From: Hypanus sabinus
Taxonomy: Eukaryota
NCBI RefSeq assembly: GCF_030144855.1
Contig: NC_082714.1
Span: forward strand, 48,546,001-48,610,000
DNA length: 64,000 nucleotides
Direction: 5' to 3'
Numbering within the stretch: the first letter of the stretch is position 1; the number at the start of each line of letters is the position of its first letter. Made by a program: the position numbers and the translations under genes. Below are positions 1-13,500 of this stretch, one piece after another. The notes under the pieces were generated by a model. That model was not told the DNA's origin and ran no database searches. It was given only the letters and a program-made list of their open reading frames with translations.

Positions 1-469
1 TGGGTTCTGAGGCTCCTGTACCACCTTCATGATGACAGGAGTGAGAAGAGAGCATAGACTATGTCAATAAGTCTCTGTTCGACAAACAACATTAAAAGTA
101 CCAGCTGCTTTCTATAGTCACAGAAATAGCAATAATTTTTTGCTCATCCCTAGTTTGCTCATCTGGGCAAAACTCATTCACTTTTACAATTTCAGTTCCT
201 GTTTTAATGCAATTTACCTCATACTGGTGTCAATGAGTTTATTTCTGATGGAGTTTGTCTCCACCATGTGGTGATAAAATAGAATTACAATAACTGCTGT
301 TCCCTTAACTTCTGGGAAAGAAATAATTGGATTGGTAAATGAATTTTTTTGACCTGTTACAATACTTAGAGAAGATTAAAACTATAGGGAAGTGTGTTAT
401 CTGCTGCTTTGACCTTGTACAGACCAGCATCAAACTGCCCCTGGTGTAATAAGCTAATTTTTAAAAATT

Positions 470-1405
470 ATTTATTCCTTTACGGGATGTGGGTGTCACC
501 AGCTAAGCCAGTATTTATTGCCCATCCCTAGCTGCCCTTGAGAAGGTGGTGATGAGCTGCCTTCTTGAACCGCTGCAGTCCCTGAGGTGCAGGTACACCC
601 ACAGTACTGCTAGGGAGGGAATTCCATGATTTTATCCCTCAATGAAGGAATGGCGATATGTTTCCAAGTCAGGATGGTGAGTGACTTGGAGGGGGATTTC
701 CAAGTGGTGGTGTTCCCAGGTATCTGCTGTTCTTGTCCTTCTAGAATCTAGATGGTAATGGTTATGGGTCTGGACAGTGCTGCCTTAAGGACTTTGGTGT
801 GTTGTCGCAGTGCATCTTGTAGTTAGTATACAATGCTGCAACTGTTCGTTGGTGGTGTGATTGGATGCTTGTGAACAGGGTACCAATCATGGGCAGCCTT
901 GTACTGGGTGGTGTCAAGCTTCTTCAGTGTTGATGGAGCTACACTCATCCAGGTGAGTGGAGAGTATTCTGTTACACTCCTGACCTGAGCCTTGTAGATG
1001 GTGAACAGGCTTTGGGGAGTCAGGAGGTGAGTTACACACCACAGGATTCCTAGCCTTTGACCTGCCCTGGTAGTCACAGTGTATATATGGCTGGACCAGT
1101 TCAGTTTCCTGTCGATGGTAACCCCCAGATGGTGATAGTAGGGGATTCAGTGATGGTGATGCCACTGAATTTCAAGGGATGATGGTTATAGCCTCTCTTG
1201 TTGGAGATGGTCATTGCCTGGCACTTTTGTGGCCACTTGTCAGCCCAAGCCTGGATATTGTCCAGGGCCTGCTACATTTGGGTATGAACTGGTTCACTAT
1301 CTGAGGAGTCACGAATGATGCAGAACATTGTGCAGTCATCTGCGAACATCCCCACTTCTGACCTTATGAAGGAAGGAATGTCTTTGATGAAGCAGCTGAA
1401 GATGA
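470..1405 (-). mobile_element. Degenerate 3' fragment of a CR1/L2-group LINE
   Basis: Minus-strand translations contain the RT motif MFADDCT and the post-RT motif TIYKAQVRSVTEY; frameshifted. Confidence 0.8.
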
Positions 1406-3090
1406 GCCGTGTGAGAATAGGACCAATCAGGAGTGAGAGTGGAAACATGTGCATAGGGCCGGAGGAGGTAGCGCAGGTACTTAATGAATACTTTGCTTCA
1501 GTATTCACCACTGAGAAGGACCTCCGAAATTGTGGGAATGACTTAAAGCAGACTGAAATGCTTATGTGTATAGACATTAAGCAAGGGGGTGTGCTGGCGC
1601 TTTTGAAAGGTATTAAGTTAGATAAGTCATTGGGAGTGGACGAGATATACCCCAGGCTACAGTGGGAAGCAAGGGAGGAGACTGCTAAGCTTCTGGTGAT
1701 GATCATCAACAGGAACAGGAGAAATACCTGAGGACTGGAAGGTTGCAAACTTTGTTCTAATGTTCAAGAAAGGGAGTAGAGATAACCCAGAAAATTATAG
1801 ACCAGTGAGTCTGACATCAGAGGTGGGCAAGTTGTTGGAGACATCCTTGATTGTATTACAGTCTAAATATCTACCAATCCCAGTGTTGAGTACAATCAAC
1901 ATATACTCGACCCCCACAAAGAGAAGAAATCTCCCATCATCTCACTGTTCGAGTGGCAAACCCTGTTCTGTGAAACTAAACCTCAGACCTCTCTCAGAGT
2001 GGAGGAGCACCAACTCATATTCCATAAAGGTAGCCTCCAGCAGGGAGAAAATTCAAACATCAGAGGTGCAAAATAATTTGGGAGTCATTGTGTAGCTTTT
2101 CCTGAAGGTTAGCTTGCGGGTTGATTTGGTGGTAAGGAAGGAAAATGTACTGTTAGCATTCACTTTGGGAGGACTAGAATATAAGAGGAAGGACGTAATG
2201 CTGAGGCTTCAGGCATTGGTGAGAATGCACCTGGAGTATTGTGAGCAGTTTTGAGCCCCGTATCTCAGGAAAGATGTGCTGACATTGGAGAAGGTCCAGA
2301 GGAGCTTCACCCCGTATCTCAGGAAAGATGTGCTGCCATTGGAGACGGTCCAGAGGAGCTTCACCCCGTATCTCAGGAAAGATGTGCTGCCATTGGAGAC
2401 GGTCCAGAGGAGCTTCACCCCGTATCTCAGGAAAGATGTGCTGCCATTGGAGACGGTCCAGAGGAGCTTCACCCCGTATCTCAGGAAAGATGTGCTGCCA
2501 TTGGAGACGGTCCAGAGGAGCTTCACCCCGTATCTCAGGAAAGATGTGCTGCCATTGGAGACGGTCCAGAGGAGCTTCACCCCGTATCTCAGGAAAGATG
2601 TGCTGCCATTGGAGAAGGTCCAGAGGAGCTTCATGAGTGCGATTCCAGGAATGAAAGAGTTAACTTATGTGAAGAGTGTGATGGTCCTGGGCTTGAGTTT
2701 AGAAGAATGAGCGGGACCTTACTGAAACCTATTGAATATCTAGATAGAGTGGATGTGGAAAGGATGTTTCCAATAGTGGGTGACTCTTCGACCAGAGAAC
2801 ACAGCCCTCAGCATATATGGGTGTCCATTTAGAACTGAGATGAAGAAGAATTTTGTTATGCAGAGGGCGGGCGGTGAATCTGTGGAATTCCCTTCCAGAA
2901 AAGGCTGTGCAGCCCAAGTCATTGAGTACATTTAAAACAGAGGTTGATGGACTCATCATTAGTCATGGTGTCAAAGGTTATGGGGAGAGGTCAGGATAAT
3001 GGAGTTGAGCAAGATAATAAATCAGCCATGGGGGAATGACAGAACAGTCTCTTTGGTCCGAATGGACTAATTCTGCTCCTAGGCCTTATG
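1405..3090 (+). mobile_element. Fragmented CR1 LINE ORF2 and 3' end
   Basis: Translates to LNEYFASVFT and FKKGSRDNPENYRPVSLTS.VGKLLE, with LV(R/M)HLEYC.QF- and RVDVERMFP-like segments; large internal deletions. Confidence 0.85.
2256..2633 (+). repeat. Tandem array, 7 x 54 bp, inside CR1 ORF2
   Basis: Unit CCCCGTATCTCAGGAAAGATGTGCTGCCATTGGAGACGGTCCAGAGGAGCTTCA; copies 2-6 are identical; no spacers. Confidence 0.97.
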
Positions 3091-3450
3091 GATCAGGGCC
3101 ACAGATGTTGTGGGGCAAGACTACAGACAGGACAGAATCAGAATCAGATTTATCATCACTGACATACACAACGTGAAAATTGCTGTTCTGCAGCAGCAGT
3201 AGAGTGCAAAGATATAAAATTACAAAATAAATAAATGGTAGAAAAGGAGGGAATAATGAGGTAGTGATCATGAATTTCATGGACCATTCAGAAATCTGAT
3301 GGTGAAGGACAGGAAGCTATTTTTGAGTCATTGAGTGTGGGTCTTCAGGCTCCTGTATAGCCTCCCTGGTGATATTAACTATATTAATGGATGTCCCAGA
3401 TGGTGAGGGTCCTCAATGATGGATGGTGTCTTCCTGAGGCATCGCCTCTT

Positions 3451-6400
3451 TAAAAAATTTTTTTTTTATTGAATTTTCAAATGGGTTACAAAATAGAAGG
3501 AAAAAAATATATATATATCAACCCTCCCCCCTCCCCTTAACCCCTCTCCCTAACATATACCTATATATAAGAAAAAGAGAAAAAAAAAGAAAGAAAGAAT
3601 GCCTGGATATTGGAAGATCCCCACATGCTCCATGGAGTTCAAATTAGCTTTAATGTATATATATGTTTCTTTCCCCAGATGACCAATAATTTTATCTTCA
3701 GAGCACCTATATATTTAATCCTATCTTTTGTAAATAAAGGCACCAAATTTTCAGAAATATATCATATTTATTTCTTAAATTATAAGTAATTCTTTCAAGT
3801 GGAATGCAGCTGAAAATTTCATTCTTCCAACGATCTATACTTAAGTATAAATCCAATTTCCAAGTAACTGCAATAGCCTTTTTGGCTACTGCCAATGCAA
3901 TTTTTTATGAACTCTTTCTGATATTTGTTCAATTTTGGGTTTCGGTTTTATCCCTTCAATATCACCTAGTAAGAATAATATTGGATTGTGTGGAAGCTGT
4001 GTGCCAATAATTTGTTCCAGTAAAACTCTTAAATTTGTCCAAAAAGGTTGAATTTTAAAACAAGACCAAGTAGAGTGTAAAAAAGTACCAATTTCTTGAT
4101 TACATCGAAAACATTGATCAGATAAATTTGAGTTTAATCTATTTATTTTTTGTGGTGTAATATATAATTGATGTAAAAAGTTATATTGTACTAATCTTAG
4201 TTGAACATTTATTGTATTTGTCATACTGTCAAGACATAATCTTGACCAACTTGTTTCATCAATTTTAATATTCAAATCAGTTTCCCATTTTTGTCTTGAC
4301 TTATGAATCCCTTGTTTAATTGCCTGTTTTTGAATCAAATTATACATACCAGAAATAATTTTTTAATTTTTCCTTTATGAATTAAAGTTTCTATTTCGTT
4401 AGGTTTCGGCAATAACCTTGTTTGACCCAGTTTATCTCTTAAATAAGCTCTTAATTGGAAGTAACAGAAAATAATGTTGTTTGATATTTTATATTTATTC
4501 TTTAATTGGTCAAATGACATTAATATACCTCCTTCAAAACAGTCTCCTATATATCTAATCCCTTTGTGAAACTGGTTATATAAAAGTTGATTATCCATTG
4601 TAAAAGAAATAAGTTTATTTTGAATGAAAGGTCTCTTAGCTAATAAAGATTTCTTTATCTCATCATCAACATTTATCTTATTCCATAAATCAATCAAATG
4701 TTTTAGTATAGGAGATTCTTTCTTTTCCCGCATCCATTTAGATTTCCATTTATATATAAAAACTTCTGGTATATTTTCTCCTATTTTATCTAATTCTATT
4801 CTAAACCATGCCGGTTTATCTTCATCAAAAACAGATACAATCTAAGTTGATTTGCTTTGTAATAATTCTTAAAATTTGATAATTGTAACCCTCCTAGGTC
4901 AAATTTCCATGTCAATTTTTCCAACGATATTCTTGATATCTTACCTTTCCAAAGGAATTTCCTCACACATTTATTTAACTCTTGAAAAAACTTCTGAGGT
5001 AATTGTATTGGTAATGTTTGGAATAAATATTGTAATCGAGGGAATATATTCATTTTTACAGCATTGACTCTACCTATTAATGTTATTGGTAACATCATCC
5101 ATTTATCAAGATCCTCTTGAATTTTTTTCAATAATGGCAAATAATTTAGTTTATATGAATTCTTTATATCATTATTAACTCTTATACCTAAATACTTTAT
5201 ACCATTTATCAGCCATCTAAATTGAGTTATTAATTGACATTGACTATAATCTCCTTTAGTAAGGGAATTTCACTTGTATCCCGATTTATTTTGTACCCTG
5301 ATGTTTTCCCATATTCTTCCAATCTAGAAGATAATTTACTCAATGAATGCAATGGGTTAGTTAGATAAATCAGAACATCATCAGCAAATAAGTTAATCTT
5401 ATATTCCTTCTGATTAACTCGGAAACCCATAATATCTGAGTCAGTTCGAATTAATTCAGCTAATGGTTCTATCGCCAACACAAATAAAGCAGGTGATAAT
5501 GGACAACCTTGTCTAGTTGACCTTGTTAACTGAAATGATGTTGAAATTTGGCCATTTGTCACCACTTTGGCTTTAGGATTAGTATTTAAGGTTTTAATCC
5601 ATTTTATAAAAGATACTCCTAATCCATATTTTTCCAATACCTTAAATAAAAAATCCCATTCCAATCTATGAAATGCTTTTTCTGCATCCAAAGCAATTGC
5701 CACACTCATTTGTTCCCTCTTTTGTGCCAAATGAATTATGCTAAGTAACTGACTTACATTATCTGCCGATTGTCTATTTTTAATAAATCCTGTTTGGTCC
5801 ATGTGTATTAATTTTGGTAAGTATTTAGATAATCTATTAGATAAAGTCTTTGCTATTATTTTATAGTCCGTGTTCAACAAAGAAATAGGTCTATATGATG
5901 TTGGCTTTAAAAGATCTCTGTCTTTTTTTGGCAATACTATTAAAATAGCTGTCGAAAAAGATTCTGGAAGTTTATGCGTTCTTTCGGCTTGGTGTATTAG
6001 CTCCAAAAAAGGAGGAATTAATAAATCTTTAAACTTCTTGTAAAATTCAGGCAGAAAAGCATCTTCTCCTGGAGATTTATTACTCTGAAGTGATCCTAGA
6101 GCTTCTTCGACCTCTTTTAATGTAAAAGGCACATCTAATCTCTTCTGTTCTTCCAAATTCAATTTTGGGAGAGTTACTTGTGATAAAAAACCTTTCTATC
6201 TCAACAATATCATTTTGTGATTCTGATTGATACAGTTCAGAATAAATTTTTTTAAAAGTTTCATTGATTTCTAAAGGTTTATAAGTAATTTTATTTACAC
6301 TTGTTCTAATTGCATTTATCGTTTTGGAAGCCTGGTCTGTTTTTAACTGCCAAGCAAGAATCTTGTATGATCTTTCACCTAGTTCATAATATCTCTGTTT

Positions 6401-9220
6401 AGTTCTCATAATTGATTTTTCTGTTCGGTATGTCTGAAGTGTATTATATTGTAGCTTCTTATTAATAAGTTGTCTTTGTTTTTCTTCTGTCATATATCTT
6501 TGAGATTCTTTTTCTAATTTTGTAATCTCTTTTTCCAATTGATCTATTTCTACCATATATTCCTTCTTAATTTTAGAAGTATAACTTATTATCTGACCTC
6601 TCAAATATATCTTCATCACTTCCCATAATATAAATTTATCATCAAATGAATGTGAGTTTGTATCTAAAAAAAACTGAATCTGTTTTTTCATAAAATCACA
6701 GAAATCTTGATGTTTTAATAATATTGAATTAAATCTCCATCTGTAAATCGATTCCTCCTTATCCATCATTATCATTGTCATTATCAAGAGGGAATGATCT
6801 GACAATATTCTTGCTTTATATTCTGTATTTTTCACTCTGTCTTGAATATTCGCTGATAGTAGGAAAAAATCTATCCTTGAATAAGTTTGATGTCTATTTG
6901 AATGAAATGAATAATCTCTTTCTCTTGGGTTAATTCTTCTCCATATATCAATCAAATTTAAATCTTTCATCAAAGATGAAGTTAATTTCGCTACTTTTGA
7001 TTTTGTAACAACCTTTGTTGACCTATCTAAAACTGGGTCTAGACAAAAGTTAAAGTCTCCACCTATTAATATTTTATCATGTGCGTCAGCCAAATTCAAA
7101 AAAGCCTCTTGTATAAATTTTACATCGTTGTCATTTGGTGCATAGATATTCATAAGAGTCCATAGTTCTGAAAAGATTTGACAATGTATAATTACATATC
7201 TTCCCGCAGAATCAATTAATACATTTTGTATTTCAATTGGTAAAGTTTTGTTAACCAAAATTGCAACTCCCCTCGCTTTTGAATTAAATGAAGCTGCAAT
7301 AACATTTCTGACCCAATCTGTCTTTAATTTCTGATGTTCTATCTCTGTTAAATGTGTTTCTTGTATAAAAGCTATAACCATTTTCATTTTCTTAATGTAT
7401 GTTAAAATTATTTTTCTTTTCACCAGTCCATTAAGCCCATTAACATTAAAACTTAGAAAATTCAGTAAATTAGTCATTATTTTTAACGGGGTTACTCCAG
7501 TCTATAATAATACATAAAATTTCAACTCTCATAGTACCTTGGGGAATTATTTTAAAGTTCTCCATGTTGCTATGTGTCTCCCCTCTGATCATCCAGGTAA
7601 AGAAAGAAAGATAAAAGAAAAATAGATTATAAAGAAAAAAAGAACAATGCTAATGTTGTGAATGAAAAAAAACACAGCATTCCCCCCCTCCGTTGTGCGG
7701 GTCATGGCAAATGCCATGATTACACACGTGAATCCCATAGCGATCGATCTGAAGTTCCCCCAGCTCCCCCATAGCATGAAAAATGTATATGTAAGAGAAG
7801 AAAAAATAATATCACTACTCTCAATTAATATTTCTCAAATTTTTATCTTTCTCCCCTGTATCATATAATTAAAAGTATGTTTAAATATTCTTCTGTCCTT
7901 AATGTCCATCAAATCATGTCACAGTCCCCATCTTTATCTTTAATCTGTTTCACTTTTAAATCTTTACTGTATCTAGCAAATATTTGGGAGTTCTTGTGCA
8001 AACTCCTCTGCATCCCAATGATCAGTAAAAAATCTTCTTTTTCCATCATCCCAAAAAATTATCAGCGTTGCTGGGTGGCACAATATAAATTTATAACCCT
8101 TTTCCCATAAAACTTTTTTCGCTGGATTAAATTCCTTCTTTCTCTTCAAAAGGTCATAACTTATATCAGGATAGAAAAGAACTGCTTTCCCTTCTATCAT
8201 CAATGGCTCATTTCTCTTTCTGGCACATTGGGCAGCCGCCTTCAGGATCTTTTCTTTATCTTGATATCTTAAGCATTTTATCAAGGTTGGTCGTGGATTT
8301 TGATCAGCTTGAGGTTTTGGTCTTAAAGCTCTGTGGACCCTTTCGATTTCAATCAGCTGGGTTCCCTCTTCCATTTCCAAATTTTCCAGGATCCATTTTT
8401 GAAAAACTTTTATTGGATCCTCTCCCTCTATCCCTTCTTTAAGACCAACAATTTTAATATTATTTCATCTACTAAAATTTTCAAGCACGTCTATTTTTTC
8501 CAACAGTCGTTTTCTTTCTGATGTCCAGGCAAGAATATTATTTTCCATTTTATTCACTCTATCAACAGTGTCTCCCGTTATTTCTTCCAACTTTTTAACT
8601 TTCTTGTCCATTTTCTCCTTTTTTTTCACCATTTTATCAAACATAGTCTTCATATTTTTAATATCTTCTTTTATTATTTTTAATGTTTTTAATTCTTTTA
8701 GTTCATGCATTATTTGTGTCAAAGCTTCTCTTATGTCTCCAGAATATCTTCCACCTCCAACCTCTTCCTGTTGTTCTTCTTTTACCTCCTCATCTTCATA
8801 TGTATGTTCCAGAGAATCCGAATCCACCTCGGGTTCATTTCCACTTCCAATCGTAGCTGGGATTTGTAGTTGAAATTGCTCATGTTTGTGCATGTCCCTT
8901 CCTTGGCGCACGTGCAGTTCCTGTTGTTCCTTCTTGGAGACTGTTGATGTTGCCGCCGATTCCTGTTCTGTATCACCGGAGGTAAGATGCACTTGAGTCC
9001 GATGCTTCTTCATGGTGGCCGGCCCAGCTTGTACTGTCTTCAAAGTAGTAGTTTCTTCTGCGTCTGTTTAGGAGGCATATCTAAGGAAAATCCTGAGTAG
9101 TTTAGACGTAGCTTTTAGAAAATATTTACTAACTTTTCTTCACTTAAAGATTAATTTATTAGTTTTTTATGGGAGAGCTGGATTTCCACATCACGATCCT
9201 ATGTCATCACATGACGTCCT
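3451..9220 (-). mobile_element. Full-length, inactivated L1 retrotransposon with 17-bp TSD
   Basis: ORF1 about 9078-7973 (coiled coil, ENFSR*NNIKIVG, IEIERVHR, FYPDIS). ORF2 about 7477-3707 with APE (SFNVNGL, IQETHL, GGDFN, SDH), RT (TRQGCPLSP, LFADD) and a Cys-rich end (CFRC..HSTWSC), several frameshifts. A-rich tail at 3451-3480. TSD CTGAGGCATC(G/A)CCTCTT at 3434-3450 and 9221-9237. Confidence 0.96.
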
Positions 9221-9393
9221 CTGAGGCATCACCTCTTGATGATGTCCTAGGCAGTGAGGAGGGTTGTGGCAGCAGTGGGACTGGCTGAGTCTATAACCCT
9301 CCGCAGCCTTTTGCATTCCATCATACCAGGTCATGATGCATGTCCTCCTTTCCCTCCCCTCACATTTTATTCTAGCATCTTCTGCCTTCCTCT

Positions 9394-10265
9394 TGTTACA
9401 TGTGATGAGAAAACCATGGGGAGATGGGGTCCAGAGTTGACCCCCATGAGCTATGCTGCTAACGAGAGAGAGAGAGATAAAGAGGGGGAGAGGTGCCATG
9501 CTACACATGCTGATAATGAGAGAGACACAAGGATGTAAAATTATGGCTTCTTTGCTGATTGTTGACTTTACGTTCAAGGACTCTGCCTGCTTGTGTGAAT
9601 CCTTGCTGACCCAACAGAGTGATGCCAGGTGCCTGTTGAGATGGGGGCGAGTGGCCAGTTTGATGGACATGGAGTTGATGGATGGCTGGTACCCCAGCAG
9701 GGGAGATAAAAGACGAGTCTGCTGAGACACAGGCAGACACGCCACTGGACACTGATCGAGTGATGTGCATCCACAGGAAGGTGGGGACTTGGAGGATCGA
9801 TTCGGGGGAATCAGTCCAAAGCTCACAGTGTGTGAAACCAGGCCGGTGGGGGCTTGTGTGTGTGTCCACCCACGCCTGGGTGACGAGGTCACCACTGAAG
9901 AACGGAGGGGTCATAGTTGATGACCACAACAGTACAACAGAACAAGAAGACTACGGAAGGTTTGCCTGCTGCAGCTGCTCATCTTTCTCTCTCTCTCTCT
10001 CTCCAACATCACAACAGCAACTACCTCAACCTAAACTGAACTGAACTCTGCATTATCTTAAGACTATTCATTTACCCCTAGACTACGATAGAGCTTGGTT
10101 TTGATTCTTATTCCTACACTTCTGTATTTATCATTGCTATTCTGTTTTATATGTATATTTGCATTTTTGATACTGTATTACTGAGTTTACTAATAAACAC
10201 CTTTTGTTACAGTATCACCAGACTCCAACGTATCATTTGGTAACCTGGTCACGGGGTACGTGACA
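9394..10265 (+). mobile_element. Solo LTR (probably Gypsy-type)
   Basis: Termini TGTTAC...GTGACA form an imperfect inverted repeat; 4-bp TSD CTCT (9390-9393, 10266-10269); AATAAA at 10192-10197; no recognisable coding domains. Confidence 0.75.
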
Positions 10266-10400
10266 CTCTCCAGTTTTGCTGAAGGGTCTCATCCCAAAAC
10301 GTTGACTCTTTATTCTCTGATGCAGCCTGGCCTGCTGAGTTCCTCCAGCATTTTGAGTGTGTTACTCTGGATTTCCAATATCTGCTGCATCTCTCATGTT

Positions 10401-10542
10401 NNNNNNNNNNNNNNNNNNNNNNNNNNNNNNNNNNNNNNNNNNNNNNNNNNNNNNNNNNNNNNNNNNNNNNNNNNNNNNNNNNNNNNNNNNNNNNNNNNNN
10501 NNNNNNNNNNNNNNNNNNNNNNNNNNNNNNNNNNNNNNNNNN
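10401..10542. other. Assembly gap (142 N)
   Basis: Run of n characters. Confidence 1.
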
Positions 10543-13500
10543 TCAATCATTAGATTAAGCTATTTGTTGTTTTAATACTTTGTCTTCTATTGCACATTGG
10601 TTGTTCGTCAGTCTCTGTTTGTAGTTTTTCATTGATATATTGTATTTCTTTGCTTTGCTGAGAATGCCTGCAAGAAATCAAATCTGAATGTAGTTCACAG
10701 TGACATTTACATATCTTAATAATACACTCACTTTGAACTTTCCTTTCTCTGGAGCATTGGAAGCTGAGGGGGCAACCTGATACAAGGGTATAACATTATG
10801 AAAGGCAATCGGTCTACCTAAAACTCTACCATAAGATAGATAGTCAGAGTCCTTTTCCCAAAGTGGAGATGACAAATTCTGGAGGTTGTAGCTTTAATGC
10901 GAGAGGGGAAATGTTTTTGTTTTACACAGTGTGGTAGCTGCTTGGAACCTGCTGTCAGGGTTGGTGGTACTTTATAACAGTAAGGTAGATGCTGTCCTTG
11001 AGTCTGGTGGTGTGAACTTCCAGGCTTTTGTATCTTCCCCAATGGAAAGGGGGAGATGAGAGAAGGTCTGGAATGGGGGGTGCGTTGATCTTTGATGGCT
11101 TATTTACTGTGGCATTGGTAAGTGTAGATAGAGTCTATGTCCTGTCCTCTTCACATGCCTTGCATGAATTGACAGGCAGATGAATTCCATCCCCAATTAC
11201 TACACTGACAAAGATGTTCCAAGTTGACTTTCTTTAATGTAGCTACTGGTAGTAGGGTAAAACTGACAGAAAGAAAAACATACAGTCAAAAAGCGTCCAA
11301 ATTCCCATTGTGGTAAGTATTAAGTATACCAAAAATGATACAAAATAACACAAGATACTGTATACAAATAAGTTCCAAATGTATCATAAAGACAGGCTAC
11401 TGGTAAGCAAGATGTTGCTACATACAATGTATCTTATGCACATTCTCTTACTACAAGCGAGCCAGAACATATGGCCCACAGGAATACTCCATCTGTATTT
11501 TTATCTCACACAAGTCATTCAAGTATCTCTGATTTGTGGAAATATGTATATACATCAGTAAATGATAAACCCAAAGGTTACTTTTACATACTGACGATGG
11601 TTTCAAATACCTGAACGTCAGGCTGATGTCAGATGAAAAGGCATGAGTTTTCACTAGCCCTGACATGGAGAACTGCTTAGATGCCTACTGATGATATCGT
11701 CAACTAGAGACACAGATCACATGTCCTAAATGACTGCTATACAAAACCACCAACAGAGGGTGTTAAATGACAAATAAAATTAACTGACTGCTAAGACAGC
11801 ACAGTCCATGAGGAGAAATTTTTTTTTATGACATGCTGAGCTCTGTCCACAACTCTCTGCAGTGTTTTCCAGTCATTTGCAGAGAACTTGTCATGCCAAC
11901 TGATGATGCACCCAGACAAGGATGCTTTCTATGATGCATTGAAAAAAAAATTGATAAAGGACAAGACAACTACTTAGTGGTGAGCTTTCCTAGCCATGGC
12001 AGCTACATGGTTGGTCCCGGACAAGTTATTGGTTCAACTAAAAGAAGATGTAGGAAGAGCAGGAAGATGTTTTGCAGCATTTACTTTATCAGTCTGATGC
12101 ATCACAGCTTGGCTTGCAAGTGGTCTGACCTAAATCACTTTAAGTTGCTGAGATTGCAGCCAAGTCTTTCAAGAAAACCAGCCTCCACTCTGTTCATGGT
12201 GCTTCCAATGTCTTAGGAAAGTAGTCAACATCATCAAAAACCCCACTCCACCTCAGTCATTCACGGCCCCTCATGGCCCATCAAACAGAAGATTTGCATC
12301 ATAAGAGTCAGGGACAAATTTTGTCCCACTGTTATAAGACTTTTGAACACATCTCTACTATGACAAAGATGAACTATTGATCCCACAGTCTACCTCTTTA
12401 TGTATCTTCCACTATATTTGCATATCTTTAACACTATATTCTGCATTCTTTTTTCAGTTTTTTTTCCATTTAGACATGGAACAGTACTGTTTGGAATGGT
12501 CTGTCTGCATGGCATGCAAAATAAACTTTTAATTAGTTATTTCAAATTTATAGAAGTTCAAAATTTTAATTACATTTATTATCAAACTACACATATATTA
12601 TACATACAGGCAGCCACAAAACAAAGAAACTCAAAAGAACCCATTTAAAAAAAAGTTATACACCCAATATTCAGAGGACAAAAAACAGACCATACAAACA
12701 ATAAGCACGAGCAAATAACATTCTGAACTGAATTCTGCAAAGGTAGTCCATTCAGCGCAGAGCTGAGTGAACATCATGGAGCAACAAGCTGAACCAATCC
12801 ATCCTTGCCTCGGATTCTGACACCCTGAACTTTCCAATTCAGCTCGGCGCTTAAATCATTGTCCAAACATCGGGTTCCGTTGCTTCGATACGCTCTGTGG
12901 CCTGGACCCCACCACCTTGATTCAATCCATCTCAGATGTTTCCAACTTGGTCTGATGCTTAAACTGATTGAACCACGGATCTTCCTCACTCTTGGCATGG
13001 GCCTACTGCTGCGCCTCTCCTTTGTTCTGCCACGTTGAGTTGCCTCCAAATCCAAAGGGAAGTTCCAGGCTATTGTTCACGATGATCACTTACCAGAAAA
13101 AAGAGTGACTAACAAATTATTTACTGTAGTTGTTTTCTTTGTTTCATTAACTACTAGCCAGAAGTCACTGAGGTTCACCAACTCCATCTTAAATTGTCTC
13201 AGTACATTTGACAATAATAAACCAATTACAGATATCCAATTAAATGCTGAAACAAAAAAAAAAAACATGTGGGTGGGTTAATTGGGCACTGTAAATTGTC
13301 CTCAGGTCAGCTGGGTTGTAGACTTGATGGAAATATGGCTAGAATAGGGTTAATCATAAAATTAAACTAGATGGGAATACATTGATGGGAAAATTAATCT
13401 AGATGGGAACTAGCATGCATTTGAAGGGAAAGCTGTTGATTTTCTATACACAGGAAATGTGGAATATATTTAGCATTCTCTAAAGGATTGTTGTTTCCAG

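Noticed and set aside
2256-2633. CRISPR-like array or repetitive protein gene
   Set aside because: Head-to-tail repeats without spacers, derived from CR1 ORF2 sequence, in a vertebrate context with no cas genes.
9191-10044. Several overlapping long ORFs
   Set aside because: They lie within a solo LTR and show no recognisable domain.
1-12250. Additional globin or flanking gene exons left of the duplication
   Set aside because: No globin-like or other recognisable exon found; the region is mostly transposons, though the gap at 10401-10542 hides unknown sequence.
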